Positions 8,492-15,981 of a stretch of DNA of 32,000 nucleotides are shown in pieces. The first letter of the stretch is position 1, and each line of letters begins with the position of its first letter. The notes beneath the pieces are model-generated. The model had not been told where the DNA came from. It was given only the letters and a program-made list of their open reading frames with translations, and did no database searches. The position numbers and the translations under genes are program-made. The DNA is taken from assembly GCF_019464535.1 (NCBI RefSeq), contig NZ_CP080507.1, positions 2,280,001-2,312,000 of the forward strand, read 5' to 3'. The stretch comes from Horticoccus luteus. GTDB taxonomy: Bacteria > Verrucomicrobiota > Verrucomicrobiia > Opitutales > Opitutaceae.

Positions 8492-9910
8492 GTGTCCTCC
8501 GACCTCTTCACCTCCCTTTTGTCCAACGTCTGGTCCATCTTCCTCGTCATCGTATTTTTCGGCGGGTCGATCTTCGTGCACGAGCTCGGGCATTTCCTGC
8601 TCGCCCGGCTCCGCGGAGTGAAAGTAGCCCGGTTCTCCATCGGGTTCGGTCCCAAGATCTTTTCCTGGCTGGGCCGCGATGGCGTGGAATATCGCCTCTC
8701 CTGGCTCCCTTTGGGCGGCTATGTTTCCCTGCCGCAATTGGCGGATCTGCGCGCGATCGAGGGCGAGTCGCCCGCCGCGGAGACCCTGCCTCCCGTGGGC
8801 TACCTCAGCAAGATGCTGGTCTTTGTCGCCGGAGCGACCTTCAACGTCATCTTCGCGTTCCTGCTCGCTTGCATCATTTGGGGCATCGGCCAGCCCACCA
8901 GCAGCGAGACGGCCAGCACCCGCATTGGCTACGTCGCCGCTCAGCTCGACCTGCCCGACAAGACGAAAGTCGTGAGCCCGGCCGCCGCCGCCGGCCTCCA
9001 GATCGGTGACGTGATCCGCCGCATCGATGGTAAACGCATCAACGACTGGTCCGACGTGGAGGAAACCATCGTCACCGGCACCGGCCGCACAGCGGAGGAC
9101 CGCCCGAAAGTTGTTTTCACCATCGAACGCAATGGCGTGACCCAGGACGTCACGCTCTACCCCCGCCTCGCCGGCGATGAAAGCTTCCGTCGCGTCGGCA
9201 TTTCGCCCGGTTACGAACTCCTCGTGCATCAAGTCGCGCCCGGCAGCCTGGGCGAACAGGCCGGGTTCAAGCCCGGCGACGAAATCATCTCCCTGGATCA
9301 TCGCACCATTCTGAACATCGCGACCTATCAGGATACGCTCACGAAGGCCGCCGGGCAGACGATCGAAGCGCGCGTTAAACGCGACGGACATCCCGTCACG
9401 TTGAGCGTGCCCCCGGTCACGCTCGCGAAAGACCAGCCGCTGCTCGGCCTCACGCTTACCACCGGCTTCGCGCTCGCGCACCCTTCGCCCATCGCTCAAA
9501 TCTGGGATCAGGCGCGCATGGCCTTCCGCAGCGTCTGGAGCTTGATCAACCCGCACTCCGACATCGGACTTTCCAAAGTCGCCGGCCCCGTCGGCATCGT
9601 GCGGATTTTTCACAGCGCAGCCGAGGCCGGCATTCGCTCTGTCCTGATGTTTACGATCCTCGTGAACGTGAACCTCGCGATCTTCAACCTCCTGCCCATT
9701 CCCGTGCTCGACGGCGGACAAATGCTGTTTGCCACGATCGCGCGCATTCGCGGTCGTGCGCTCCCGGTCAACTTCATCATGGGCGCGCAAAGCGCGTTTA
9801 TCGTCCTGCTCTTCTCCATGATCCTTTACGTGAGCTTTTTCGACGTTCGCCGCATCGTGCGCGATGCCCGCACGGATCACGTTGAAGCGGCCGCCTCCTC
9901 CGCGCCGTAA
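8492..9910 (+). CDS. rseP: RIP zinc metalloprotease RseP (site-2 protease, M50 family) with PDZ domains
   Basis: GTG start. The HELGHF zinc motif lies in the first TM region. Two PDZ-like segments are present (GLQIGDVIRRIDGKRI and GFKPGDEIISLD). The C-terminal NLLPIPVLDGG motif is present. Confidence 0.9.
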   Translation: MSSDLFTSLLSNVWSIFLVIVFFGGSIFVHELGHFLLARLRGVKVARFSIGFGPKIFSWLGRDGVEYRLSWLPLGGYVSLPQLADLRAIEGESPAAETLPPVGYLSKMLVFVAGATFNVIFAFLLACIIWGIGQPTSSETASTRIGYVAAQLDLPDKTKVVSPAAAAGLQIGDVIRRIDGKRINDWSDVEETIVTGTGRTAEDRPKVVFTIERNGVTQDVTLYPRLAGDESFRRVGISPGYELLVHQVAPGSLGEQAGFKPGDEIISLDHRTILNIATYQDTLTKAAGQTIEARVKRDGHPVTLSVPPVTLAKDQPLLGLTLTTGFALAHPSPIAQIWDQARMAFRSVWSLINPHSDIGLSKVAGPVGIVRIFHSAAEAGIRSVLMFTILVNVNLAIFNLLPIPVLDGGQMLFATIARIRGRALPVNFIMGAQSAFIVLLFSMILYVSFFDVRRIVRDARTDHVEAAASSAP

Positions 9911-9941
9911 ACCTCTCGCCGCTTCTCGCGGTCCGACTCCC

Positions 9942-11957
9942 ATGGCGTATTGCGTTTCTCGATTCCAAACCGTCCGTCGACCGACCCATGAAGTGATGGT
10001 CGGGACCGTCGGTGTGGGCGGCACTCATCCCATTCGCATCCAGTCGATGACCACGAGCGACACGCAGGATGTCGCCGCGACGGTCCGCCAGTCGATCGCG
10101 CTCGCGGAGGTCGGCTGCGAGATAGTGCGCATCACCGCACCCAATATCCAGGCCGCCCGCTGCCTGCGCGACATCCGGCGGGAGTTTTCCGCCGCCGGCT
10201 TCAGCGCCGTGCCCCTCGTGGCGGATATCCATTTTCTCCCGCAGGCGGCGATGGAGGCAGTGGAGCACGTGGAAAAAATTCGCGTCAATCCCGGCAATTA
10301 TGCGGACAAGAAAAAATTCGCGGTGCGCGAATATTCCGACGCCGACTACGATCACGAACTCCAACGCCTGCACGATGCGTTTTCGCCCCTCGTCCTGCGG
10401 TGCCAAGCGCTCGGACGCGCCATCCGCATCGGCACGAATCATGGCTCGCTGAGTGATCGCATCATGAACCGTTACGGCGACACGCCGCTCGGCATGGTCG
10501 AGAGCGCGCTGGAGTTTCTCCGCATCGCCGAGTCGCACTCCTTCCGCCAGATCATACTCTCGATGAAAGCCTCGAATCCGAAAGTGATGATTCAGGCGTA
10601 TCGCTTGCTCGTCGAACGCATGCAGCAGGAAAACATGCATTACCCGCTGCACCTCGGCGTCACCGAAGCGGGCGACGGCGAAGACGGCCGGATCAAGAGC
10701 GCCATCGGCATCGGCTCGCTGCTCCTCGACGGCTTGGGCGACACCATCCGCGTCTCCTTGACCGAAGATTCGGTTTACGAAGTGCCCGTGGCCCAAGCCA
10801 TCGCGCGCAAGGCCATGAGCCTCTGGCAACCATCGCCCTCCGCGCCCGTCGCTGCGCACGACTCCATCGATCCTTACCATTTTACGCGCCGCGAGACTCG
10901 TTTGTTGCACCTGGGCGAGCGCGTCACCATCGGCCCCGAGCAACCGCCCGCTGTCGTCGTTCGCGCTCCCTCCGTCGCCACGCTTGACGCCACTCGCGTC
11001 CAACTTGCCGCCGCCCGCCTGCAAGACACGCCGGCCGAAGGCCTCCTCGTGCCCGTCGCGTCGGCGGCAGAACTTGCCGCGCTCAAACCCGCCGCGGACA
11101 CCTTTCTCATTCTCGAACTCGCGGCGGCCATCACCGTGGAGGATTTGACTGCCGCCGCGTCTCACCTGCCCGCCGGCACAGTGCTGCTGCGTGTTTTCTC
11201 CGCCCTCGAGAGCGCGCGACTCACGGCCTTCGCCCGCTATTCGCGCGAGCACCAATTCGTTCTCGCCGCCGAGATCACCCCGGACGATTTCGACGCCGTC
11301 AGCGAGACCTTGCGCGAGTTGGGCGATCGCGGATTTCTCTTCACGTTGCCGGCCACGCCGGCCGGTTCGGCCCACGCTCTGGGAGCTTACCGCCGCGTGG
11401 CTGAAAACCTGCGCCGCATCGGCTCCCGCGCGCCCCTCTGGATTCGCAACACCGTCGGCAGCGCCGTGCAGCCGGAACCGGCGTTTCTTTCCCGCCTCTT
11501 GGAAGCGAGCATTCTCACCGGTGGGCTGCTCTGCGATGGCCTTGGCGATCTCCTCAGCATCGAGACCGAAGCCGACCCGGCGCGCGCGACGAAACTCGCC
11601 TACAACGTCCTTCAAGGCGCCGGCGCTCGCATCTCAAAAACCGAATTCGTGGCGTGTCCCAGTTGCGGCCGCACGCTCTTCGATCTGCAAACGACGACCC
11701 AGCGAATCCGCGCCCAAACCGGCCACCTCAAAGGCGTGAAAATCGCCATCATGGGGTGCATCGTGAACGGCCCGGGTGAAATGGCCGACGCCGATTTCGG
11801 CTACGTCGGCGGCGCACCCGGCAAAATCAATCTCTACGTCGGCAAAAACTGCGTCCAATACAACATCCCTCAGGACCAAGCCGACGCGCGGCTCATCGCG
11901 CTGATCAAAGAGCACGGCAAGTGGCAGGACGCGCCCGTTGTATCAGCTTTTCCCTGA
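9942..11957 (+). CDS. ispG: 4-hydroxy-3-methylbut-2-en-1-yl diphosphate synthase, long three-domain form
   Basis: Track ORF 9864..11957. Preferred start is ATG 9942 (MAYCVSRFQTVRRPT...). The N-terminal TIM-barrel domain has IRIQSMTTSDT and VNPGNY. The C-terminal 4Fe-4S domain has ACPSCGRTLFDLQ and GCIVNGPGEM. An insert of about 270 aa separates them. Confidence 0.95.
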   Translation: MAYCVSRFQTVRRPTHEVMVGTVGVGGTHPIRIQSMTTSDTQDVAATVRQSIALAEVGCEIVRITAPNIQAARCLRDIRREFSAAGFSAVPLVADIHFLPQAAMEAVEHVEKIRVNPGNYADKKKFAVREYSDADYDHELQRLHDAFSPLVLRCQALGRAIRIGTNHGSLSDRIMNRYGDTPLGMVESALEFLRIAESHSFRQIILSMKASNPKVMIQAYRLLVERMQQENMHYPLHLGVTEAGDGEDGRIKSAIGIGSLLLDGLGDTIRVSLTEDSVYEVPVAQAIARKAMSLWQPSPSAPVAAHDSIDPYHFTRRETRLLHLGERVTIGPEQPPAVVVRAPSVATLDATRVQLAAARLQDTPAEGLLVPVASAAELAALKPAADTFLILELAAAITVEDLTAAASHLPAGTVLLRVFSALESARLTAFARYSREHQFVLAAEITPDDFDAVSETLRELGDRGFLFTLPATPAGSAHALGAYRRVAENLRRIGSRAPLWIRNTVGSAVQPEPAFLSRLLEASILTGGLLCDGLGDLLSIETEADPARATKLAYNVLQGAGARISKTEFVACPSCGRTLFDLQTTTQRIRAQTGHLKGVKIAIMGCIVNGPGEMADADFGYVGGAPGKINLYVGKNCVQYNIPQDQADARLIALIKEHGKWQDAPVVSAFP

Positions 11958-12100
11958 TAGGGGCGCCGCGGCACTCGGGCCCGCTTGTTTCCGCGCCCGC
12001 CGAAACGGCTTCCAGAGCCACGTTCCCGCCGCCGTAATGTCGGGGAAATTACCGATACCGCCTTCGGGGATCTCTCGGCCGGGGAGCCGGCGGCTTGGCA

Positions 12101-12180
12101 ATCCGAAAATTAAAAAACTTATCCGCAGGATCGGTGTGAACAACTTGTTGGAAAGTTCGCCTTGAAAGCCTTTTTTGAAT
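12101..12180. other. Low-GC patch in the ispG-dnaA intergenic region (candidate DNA-unwinding / oriC-associated segment)
   Basis: By hand count, 30 G+C in 80 nt (about 38%), against roughly 65% elsewhere. It contains A6 and T6 runs and two DnaA-box-like 9-mers. Confidence 0.35.
12119..12127 (+). promoter_or_regulatory. DnaA-box-like site TTATCCGCA
   Basis: One mismatch to the TTATCCACA consensus. It lies in the low-GC patch upstream of dnaA. A neighbouring site, TGTGAACAA at 12135..12143, has one mismatch to the relaxed TGTGNATAA. Confidence 0.4.
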
Positions 12181-12408
12181 CGCAGTAATCCCCACCTTCT
12201 TCTGTTGTTCTCGCACTCGCCCGTTCTTTCTCCGGTCCTCCTTCGACTCTCTCTGGCTCAGCGGCATCTGCACTCTAGTTACGTGCCTTGAATCACTTAC
12301 GTAACTCCTCTCCTCGCGCTCCCCTCCGCGATGGTCGAGCTCCCATTTTTTTGCCGTTAGCGTGAGCCTGCTCGAAAGATGATTGGTGGAAGGTCTCGCG
12401 GCCGAGCT

Positions 12409-12417
12409 GTGAATAAA
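12409..12417 (-). promoter_or_regulatory. DnaA-box-like site TGTGAATAA (reverse orientation)
   Basis: Matches the relaxed consensus TGTGNATAA (complement TTATNCACA) exactly. It lies 18 nt upstream of the dnaA ATG, which is compatible with autoregulation. Confidence 0.45.
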
Positions 12418-12434
12418 ACCGCCCTCCCGCCGCC

Positions 12435-13823
12435 ATGTCCTCTCTTTCTCTGTCCCCGAGCCTGTGGGAAACCGTCAAATGCGACTTCAAAGAACTCTTC
12501 CCCGAGGAAGTGTTTCAGATGTGGTTCGCGCCCATGTCCTGCCTCGAGGCGAGCGAAGACACCCTCATTCTGGGCGTTCCCAACGATTTTGCGGCGATTT
12601 GGATCCACGACAACTACCTCGACCTCATCACGCAGCGCCTGCGGCTCACCGCCGGCCGGATGGTCAACGTCTCCCTTCGCAAAATCGCCTCCGCGGAGCA
12701 CCCCGTCTCTCCCGCCGCTGGCGCCGTCGCCCCTGAAGGGACCTCTCGGATCAAACCGGCCGCTCCGCGCCGCGTCCGGTCCGACGAGCGCGGCCCGGCG
12801 AGCGGTAAGCTCAACGCGCGCAACACGTTCGAGACTTACGTCGTTGGATCCAACAACCAGATGGCTCACGCGGCGGCTCTCGCCGTGGCCCAAGCCCCCG
12901 CCCAAGCGTATAACCCCCTCTTCCTCTACGGCGACACCGGCCTCGGCAAGACGCACCTGATGCACGCCATCGGCCATGCCATCGTGCGGAGCAACCCCGC
13001 CGCCCGCGTCGCTTACCTGTCCACCGAAGGCTTCACCAACGACTTTATCCAAGCGTTGCAGGAAAACGGCCTCACCAAGTTCCGGCAGCGTTACCGCCAT
13101 GCCGATGTGCTCCTCCTCGACGACGTGCAATTCCTCGCCGGCAAAGAGCGCATCCAGGAAGAATTCTTCCATACCTTTAACGACTTGTTCGAATCCGGTA
13201 AGCAGATCGTCCTCTCGAGCGACCGCCGGGCGAGCGAGATTCAGAAACTCGAAGCCCGCCTCGTATCCCGCTTCGAATGGGGTCTCCCGGCCGACATCCA
13301 GGCTCCCGATTACGAGACGCGCCTCGCCATTCTGCGCAGCAAAGCCGCCGTGCTGAAATTCGAACCGCCGCCGCAGATTCTTCCGTTCATTGCGCAACAC
13401 ATTTCCAAAAACATCCGCCGCCTCGAGGGCGCGTTGATCAAGGTCGCCAGCTACGCCTCGCTCACCGGCAAAGTGCTCGACCTGCCCACCACGGAAACGC
13501 TCCTGCAGGACATCCTCATGGAGCAGGCGCAGAATATTCTCACCATCGAGACGATTCAAAAACGCGTGGCCGATCACTACCAGATCCGCCACAGCGACAT
13601 GACGAGCAAGCGCCGCCCCAACAACATCGCCATCCCCCGCCAGATCGCGATGTATCTCGCCCGCACGCTCACCAAGCATTCCCTGCAGGAAATCGGCGAT
13701 GCCTTCGGCGGCCGCGATCACGGCACCGTGATTCACGCCTGCAAGGCCGTCGATAACATGATGGACCAGGATTCATCCACGCGCGGCAGCATCGACTTCC
13801 TGCGCGCCCAGCTTTCCCGCTGA
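12435..13823 (+). CDS. dnaA: Chromosomal replication initiator protein DnaA
   Basis: 462-aa ORF. The N-terminal WETVKCDFKELFPEEVFQMWF is typical of domain I. Walker A is LYGDTGLGKTHLMHAIG and Walker B is LLLDDVQFL. Sensor motifs and the C-terminal DNA-binding signature (IAMYLARTLT ... GGRDHGTVIHACK) are present. Confidence 0.97.
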   Translation: MSSLSLSPSLWETVKCDFKELFPEEVFQMWFAPMSCLEASEDTLILGVPNDFAAIWIHDNYLDLITQRLRLTAGRMVNVSLRKIASAEHPVSPAAGAVAPEGTSRIKPAAPRRVRSDERGPASGKLNARNTFETYVVGSNNQMAHAAALAVAQAPAQAYNPLFLYGDTGLGKTHLMHAIGHAIVRSNPAARVAYLSTEGFTNDFIQALQENGLTKFRQRYRHADVLLLDDVQFLAGKERIQEEFFHTFNDLFESGKQIVLSSDRRASEIQKLEARLVSRFEWGLPADIQAPDYETRLAILRSKAAVLKFEPPPQILPFIAQHISKNIRRLEGALIKVASYASLTGKVLDLPTTETLLQDILMEQAQNILTIETIQKRVADHYQIRHSDMTSKRRPNNIAIPRQIAMYLARTLTKHSLQEIGDAFGGRDHGTVIHACKAVDNMMDQDSSTRGSIDFLRAQLSR

Positions 13824-13904
13824 GTATTTGGCCGCGCGGCCTCATTCCTGCGCTCCGGGCCTTTTCATCCGCCCGTTTATCCGTATGTTCGTGGCTCTCA
13901 TCCT

Positions 13905-14486
13905 ATGACTCTTTCGCCTGAGCAACAAACCGCCGTCGCTTCCTGGGTCTCCGCCGGAGACAACCTCTCCGCGATCCAAAAGAAACTCACGGAGCAGTTT
14001 AATCTCTCGCTCACCTACATGGACGTCCGGTTCTTGGTCGACGACCTCAACCTCGCGTTGAAAGACCCGGCGCCCAAAGCCGATGCGAACGATGTCGGCA
14101 AAGCCTCGCCCGCCCACGCGGCCCCGTCCGCTGCCCCCGAGAAAAAAGGCTTCCTCGACAAGGCCAAAGAAAAGCTCGGGTTGGGCAAAGAACCCGCGCC
14201 CACGGAAAGCGACGACGGATTCGCCGACGACGAACTACCGCCCGAAGACCTGGCTGATTCAGCCTCGAGCGTCACTGTGTCGGTCGATAAAATTTCTTTG
14301 ATCCCCGGCGCGCTGGCGAGCGGCTCCGTCAAATTCAGCGATGGCGTCACGGGCAAATGGATCATTGATAACCAAGGGCGGCCCGGGTTTACCGAAGTCA
14401 GCCAGCCCGGCTACCGCCCCAACCCCACGGACGCCCAAGCGTTCATGGCGGAACTCGGCCGCGCGTTGCAGCAACGCGGTTACTGA
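13905..14486 (+). CDS. Hypothetical protein with a bipartite layout: small helical N-domain, acidic/Pro-Ala-Lys low-complexity linker, beta-rich C-domain
   Basis: 193-aa ORF starting 81 nt downstream of dnaA on the same strand. It shows strong GC3 codon bias like the neighbouring genes. I recognise no family signature. The only competing ORFs are antisense shadows (13842..14117 and 14015..14365). Confidence 0.6.
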   Translation: MTLSPEQQTAVASWVSAGDNLSAIQKKLTEQFNLSLTYMDVRFLVDDLNLALKDPAPKADANDVGKASPAHAAPSAAPEKKGFLDKAKEKLGLGKEPAPTESDDGFADDELPPEDLADSASSVTVSVDKISLIPGALASGSVKFSDGVTGKWIIDNQGRPGFTEVSQPGYRPNPTDAQAFMAELGRALQQRGY

Positions 14487-14491
14487 TCCTT

Positions 14492-14521
14492 CCGCCCGCG
14501 CGCCAAAGGAGGCGCAGGCGG
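14492..14521. terminator. GC-rich interrupted hairpin between convergent genes (possible terminator)
   Basis: The outer stem is CCGCC (14492-96) with GGCGG (14517-21). The inner stem is GCGCC (14500-04) with GGCGC (14511-15), around the loop AAAGGA. There is no T-tract, so this is not a classical intrinsic terminator. Confidence 0.3.
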
Positions 14522-14644
14522 CATTCGCCAACCCGCGGCTTCGTCCACTCCTGGCGCGGGCCGGGACCTTGGCCTCAGCGTATCGAGGGCGACACTTCGC
14601 GGCCGCCGATGCCGATGACCGCTCGGGCTTTTCGCTCCACGCGT

Positions 14645-14830
14645 TTACGCGGACAGCTCGACGAGCACCGCGCGCTCCGCTTGAAACCAATAGTCCCGCT
14701 CGCGCTCTTCCGGGTGGGCGCGCGCCAAGGCATCGGCCAGGCGGGCAATCCGCAGCTCCAAGGACGACAGTTCATCGATCTCAATGTCCGGGATTTCTGC
14801 GCGGTTGGGGAACGGCGACGGGGAACTCAT
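14645..14830 (-). CDS. Small DUF2934-like protein
   Basis: Track ORF 14645..14896. Preferred start is ATG 14830, giving 61 aa (MSSPSPFPNRAEIPD...). The C-terminal RERDYWFQAERAVL resembles the D-(Y/W)-W-x-x-A-E-x-x-L signature of DUF2934. The gene is short, so coding status is uncertain. Confidence 0.45.
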   Translation of the reverse strand: MSSPSPFPNRAEIPDIEIDELSSLELRIARLADALARAHPEERERDYWFQAERAVLVELSA

Positions 14831-14946
14831 GGCCGAATAAGAAACGCCTGCACAAAAACGGTTCCGTGCGCCCGTCCACCTCGCCCCAAAATTCACGCTG
14901 CGGCCCTTCGCCGTCCGCCCCTGCCTTTACCGTCAGCCGAGACGAC

Positions 14947-15981
14947 TTATCCTGCGGTCAACTCCGCACCGGGCGAAATCGACAGATCCCAACCCGCACT
15001 CCGATCCGCTCCCTCGTCGAGCCATGCGGCGAACGCGATCATTCCGGCGTTGTCACCCGTGTGCTTCGGTTGCGCCGCGAAAAACTCCAACCGCCGCCCG
15101 CGGGCCAACGCCTCCGCCGCCGTGCGCAACGTGCGATTGTTGGCCACGCCGCCCGACAACCCCACGCTCGCGTATTCGTTTAGTTCCAGCGCGCCCCGCG
15201 TTTTCCGCAACAGCGCATCGATGACCGCCTGCTGGTAGCTCGCGCACAAGTCCGCCCGACGCGCCAACACCTCCTCCGCCGCCATCTTTTCAATCGTGTA
15301 ACGCAAACTCGTCTTCACGCCCGAAAAACTGAAATCCAATTCGTCGCGCCGCCCGATCCCGCGCGGAAAATCGAACGCCGCTTTTTCCCCGCCGCCGGCC
15401 AGTTGTTCGATCAACGGCCCGCCCGGATAGCCCAGCCCAAGCAGCTTCGCCCCCTTGTCCAGCGCCTCGCCCGCCGCATCATCGCGCGTCGAGGAGATGA
15501 CCCGAATCTGGCGGTCCCGGCCGATCGAAAAGAGCAGCGTGTTCCCCCCCGACACCAGCAGGCCGAGATGCGGCAACCACTCTGCCAATCTGTCCTCAAA
15601 GGTCGCCGGGGCCTCAGCATGCGCGGCGATGAAAGGCGACCAAGCGTGCGCCCGCAGGTGATTCACGCCGATCAGCGGCACCCGCAACGCCAGCGCAAGG
15701 GCCTTCGCGGCCGCGACGCCAATCGCCAGGCAGGCCGCGAGCCCCGGCCCATTCGTCACCGCGACCTGTTTCACCTGGGCAAACTCCGGCGTCGCCTTCG
15801 CACGCTCGATCAACGGCGCGAAGTGGCGCAAGTGTTCGCGCGTCGCCAAGTCCGGCACCACGCCGCCGTGCCGCTCGTGCAACGCGATCTGCGTGTGCAC
15901 CCACTCCCCCGCCAAACCCCGCGTGGCATCGAACAATGCCACTGCGGTCTCGTCGCAGGAACTCTCCAACGCGAGGATCAT
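14947..15981 (-). CDS. tsaD: tRNA N6-adenosine threonylcarbamoyltransferase TsaD (Kae1/Gcp family)
   Basis: 344-aa ORF with ILALESSCDETAVAL, HERHGGVVPDLATREH, VTNGPGLAACL, HLRAH and LSGGVANN motifs. Its start overlaps the ctpA stop (ATGA at 15978..15981). Confidence 0.95.
   Translation of the reverse strand: MILALESSCDETAVALFDATRGLAGEWVHTQIALHERHGGVVPDLATREHLRHFAPLIERAKATPEFAQVKQVAVTNGPGLAACLAIGVAAAKALALALRVPLIGVNHLRAHAWSPFIAAHAEAPATFEDRLAEWLPHLGLLVSGGNTLLFSIGRDRQIRVISSTRDDAAGEALDKGAKLLGLGYPGGPLIEQLAGGGEKAAFDFPRGIGRRDELDFSFSGVKTSLRYTIEKMAAEEVLARRADLCASYQQAVIDALLRKTRGALELNEYASVGLSGGVANNRTLRTAAEALARGRRLEFFAAQPKHTGDNAGMIAFAAWLDEGADRSAGWDLSISPGAELTAG

Noticed and set aside
8291-11615. Very long minus-strand ORFs (8291..10024, 577 aa; 9798..11615, 605 aa) opposite rseP and ispG.
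   Set aside because: They lie antisense to genes with unambiguous catalytic motifs. Their translations are Arg/Gly/Ala/Asp-rich low-complexity sequence with no recognisable domains. Stop-codon depletion on the antisense strand is expected at this GC3 level.
11938-12273. Small ORFs in the ispG-dnaA gap (11938..12165 plus, 11943..12143 minus, 12049..12273 minus). I also considered whether a divergent rpmH-like gene could be here.
   Set aside because: None resembles ribosomal protein L34 (MKRTFQPS...) or any family I recognise. The composition is non-coding-like, with low GC and homopolymer runs and no GC3 bias. I treat the region as regulatory or origin DNA.
12357-13736. 459-aa minus-strand ORF covering dnaA, plus plus-strand off-frame ORFs 12379..12960, 12976..13356 and 13277..13756.
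   Set aside because: These are shadows of dnaA. The DnaA frame carries Walker A/B motifs and the DNA-binding signature, and the others are compositionally biased nonsense.
13856-13880. A possible dnaA terminator: CGGGC (13856-60) and GCCCG (13871-75) with a 10-nt loop, followed by TTTAT. Also the 12-bp palindrome GGCCGCGCGGCC at 13830..13841.
   Set aside because: The stem is only 5 bp with a large loop, and the T-tract is weak and interrupted. It lies just 25 nt before the next start codon. Co-transcription of dnaA with the downstream ORF seems at least as likely.
14945-14952. ACTTATCC, shared with the DnaA-box-like site at 12117..12124, raising the possibility of a second box cluster downstream of dnaA.
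   Set aside because: Beyond the TTATCC core it has three mismatches to the 9-mer consensus, and it overlaps the tsaD stop codon. TTATCC hexamers are expected several times by chance in 32 kb.
14341-15183. 280-aa plus-strand ORF spanning the convergent gap and the 3' part of tsaD, together with 14609..15238.
   Set aside because: The translation is Arg/Pro/Ala-rich. The ORFs overlap tsaD antisense and the DUF2934-like ORF, and they have no motifs.
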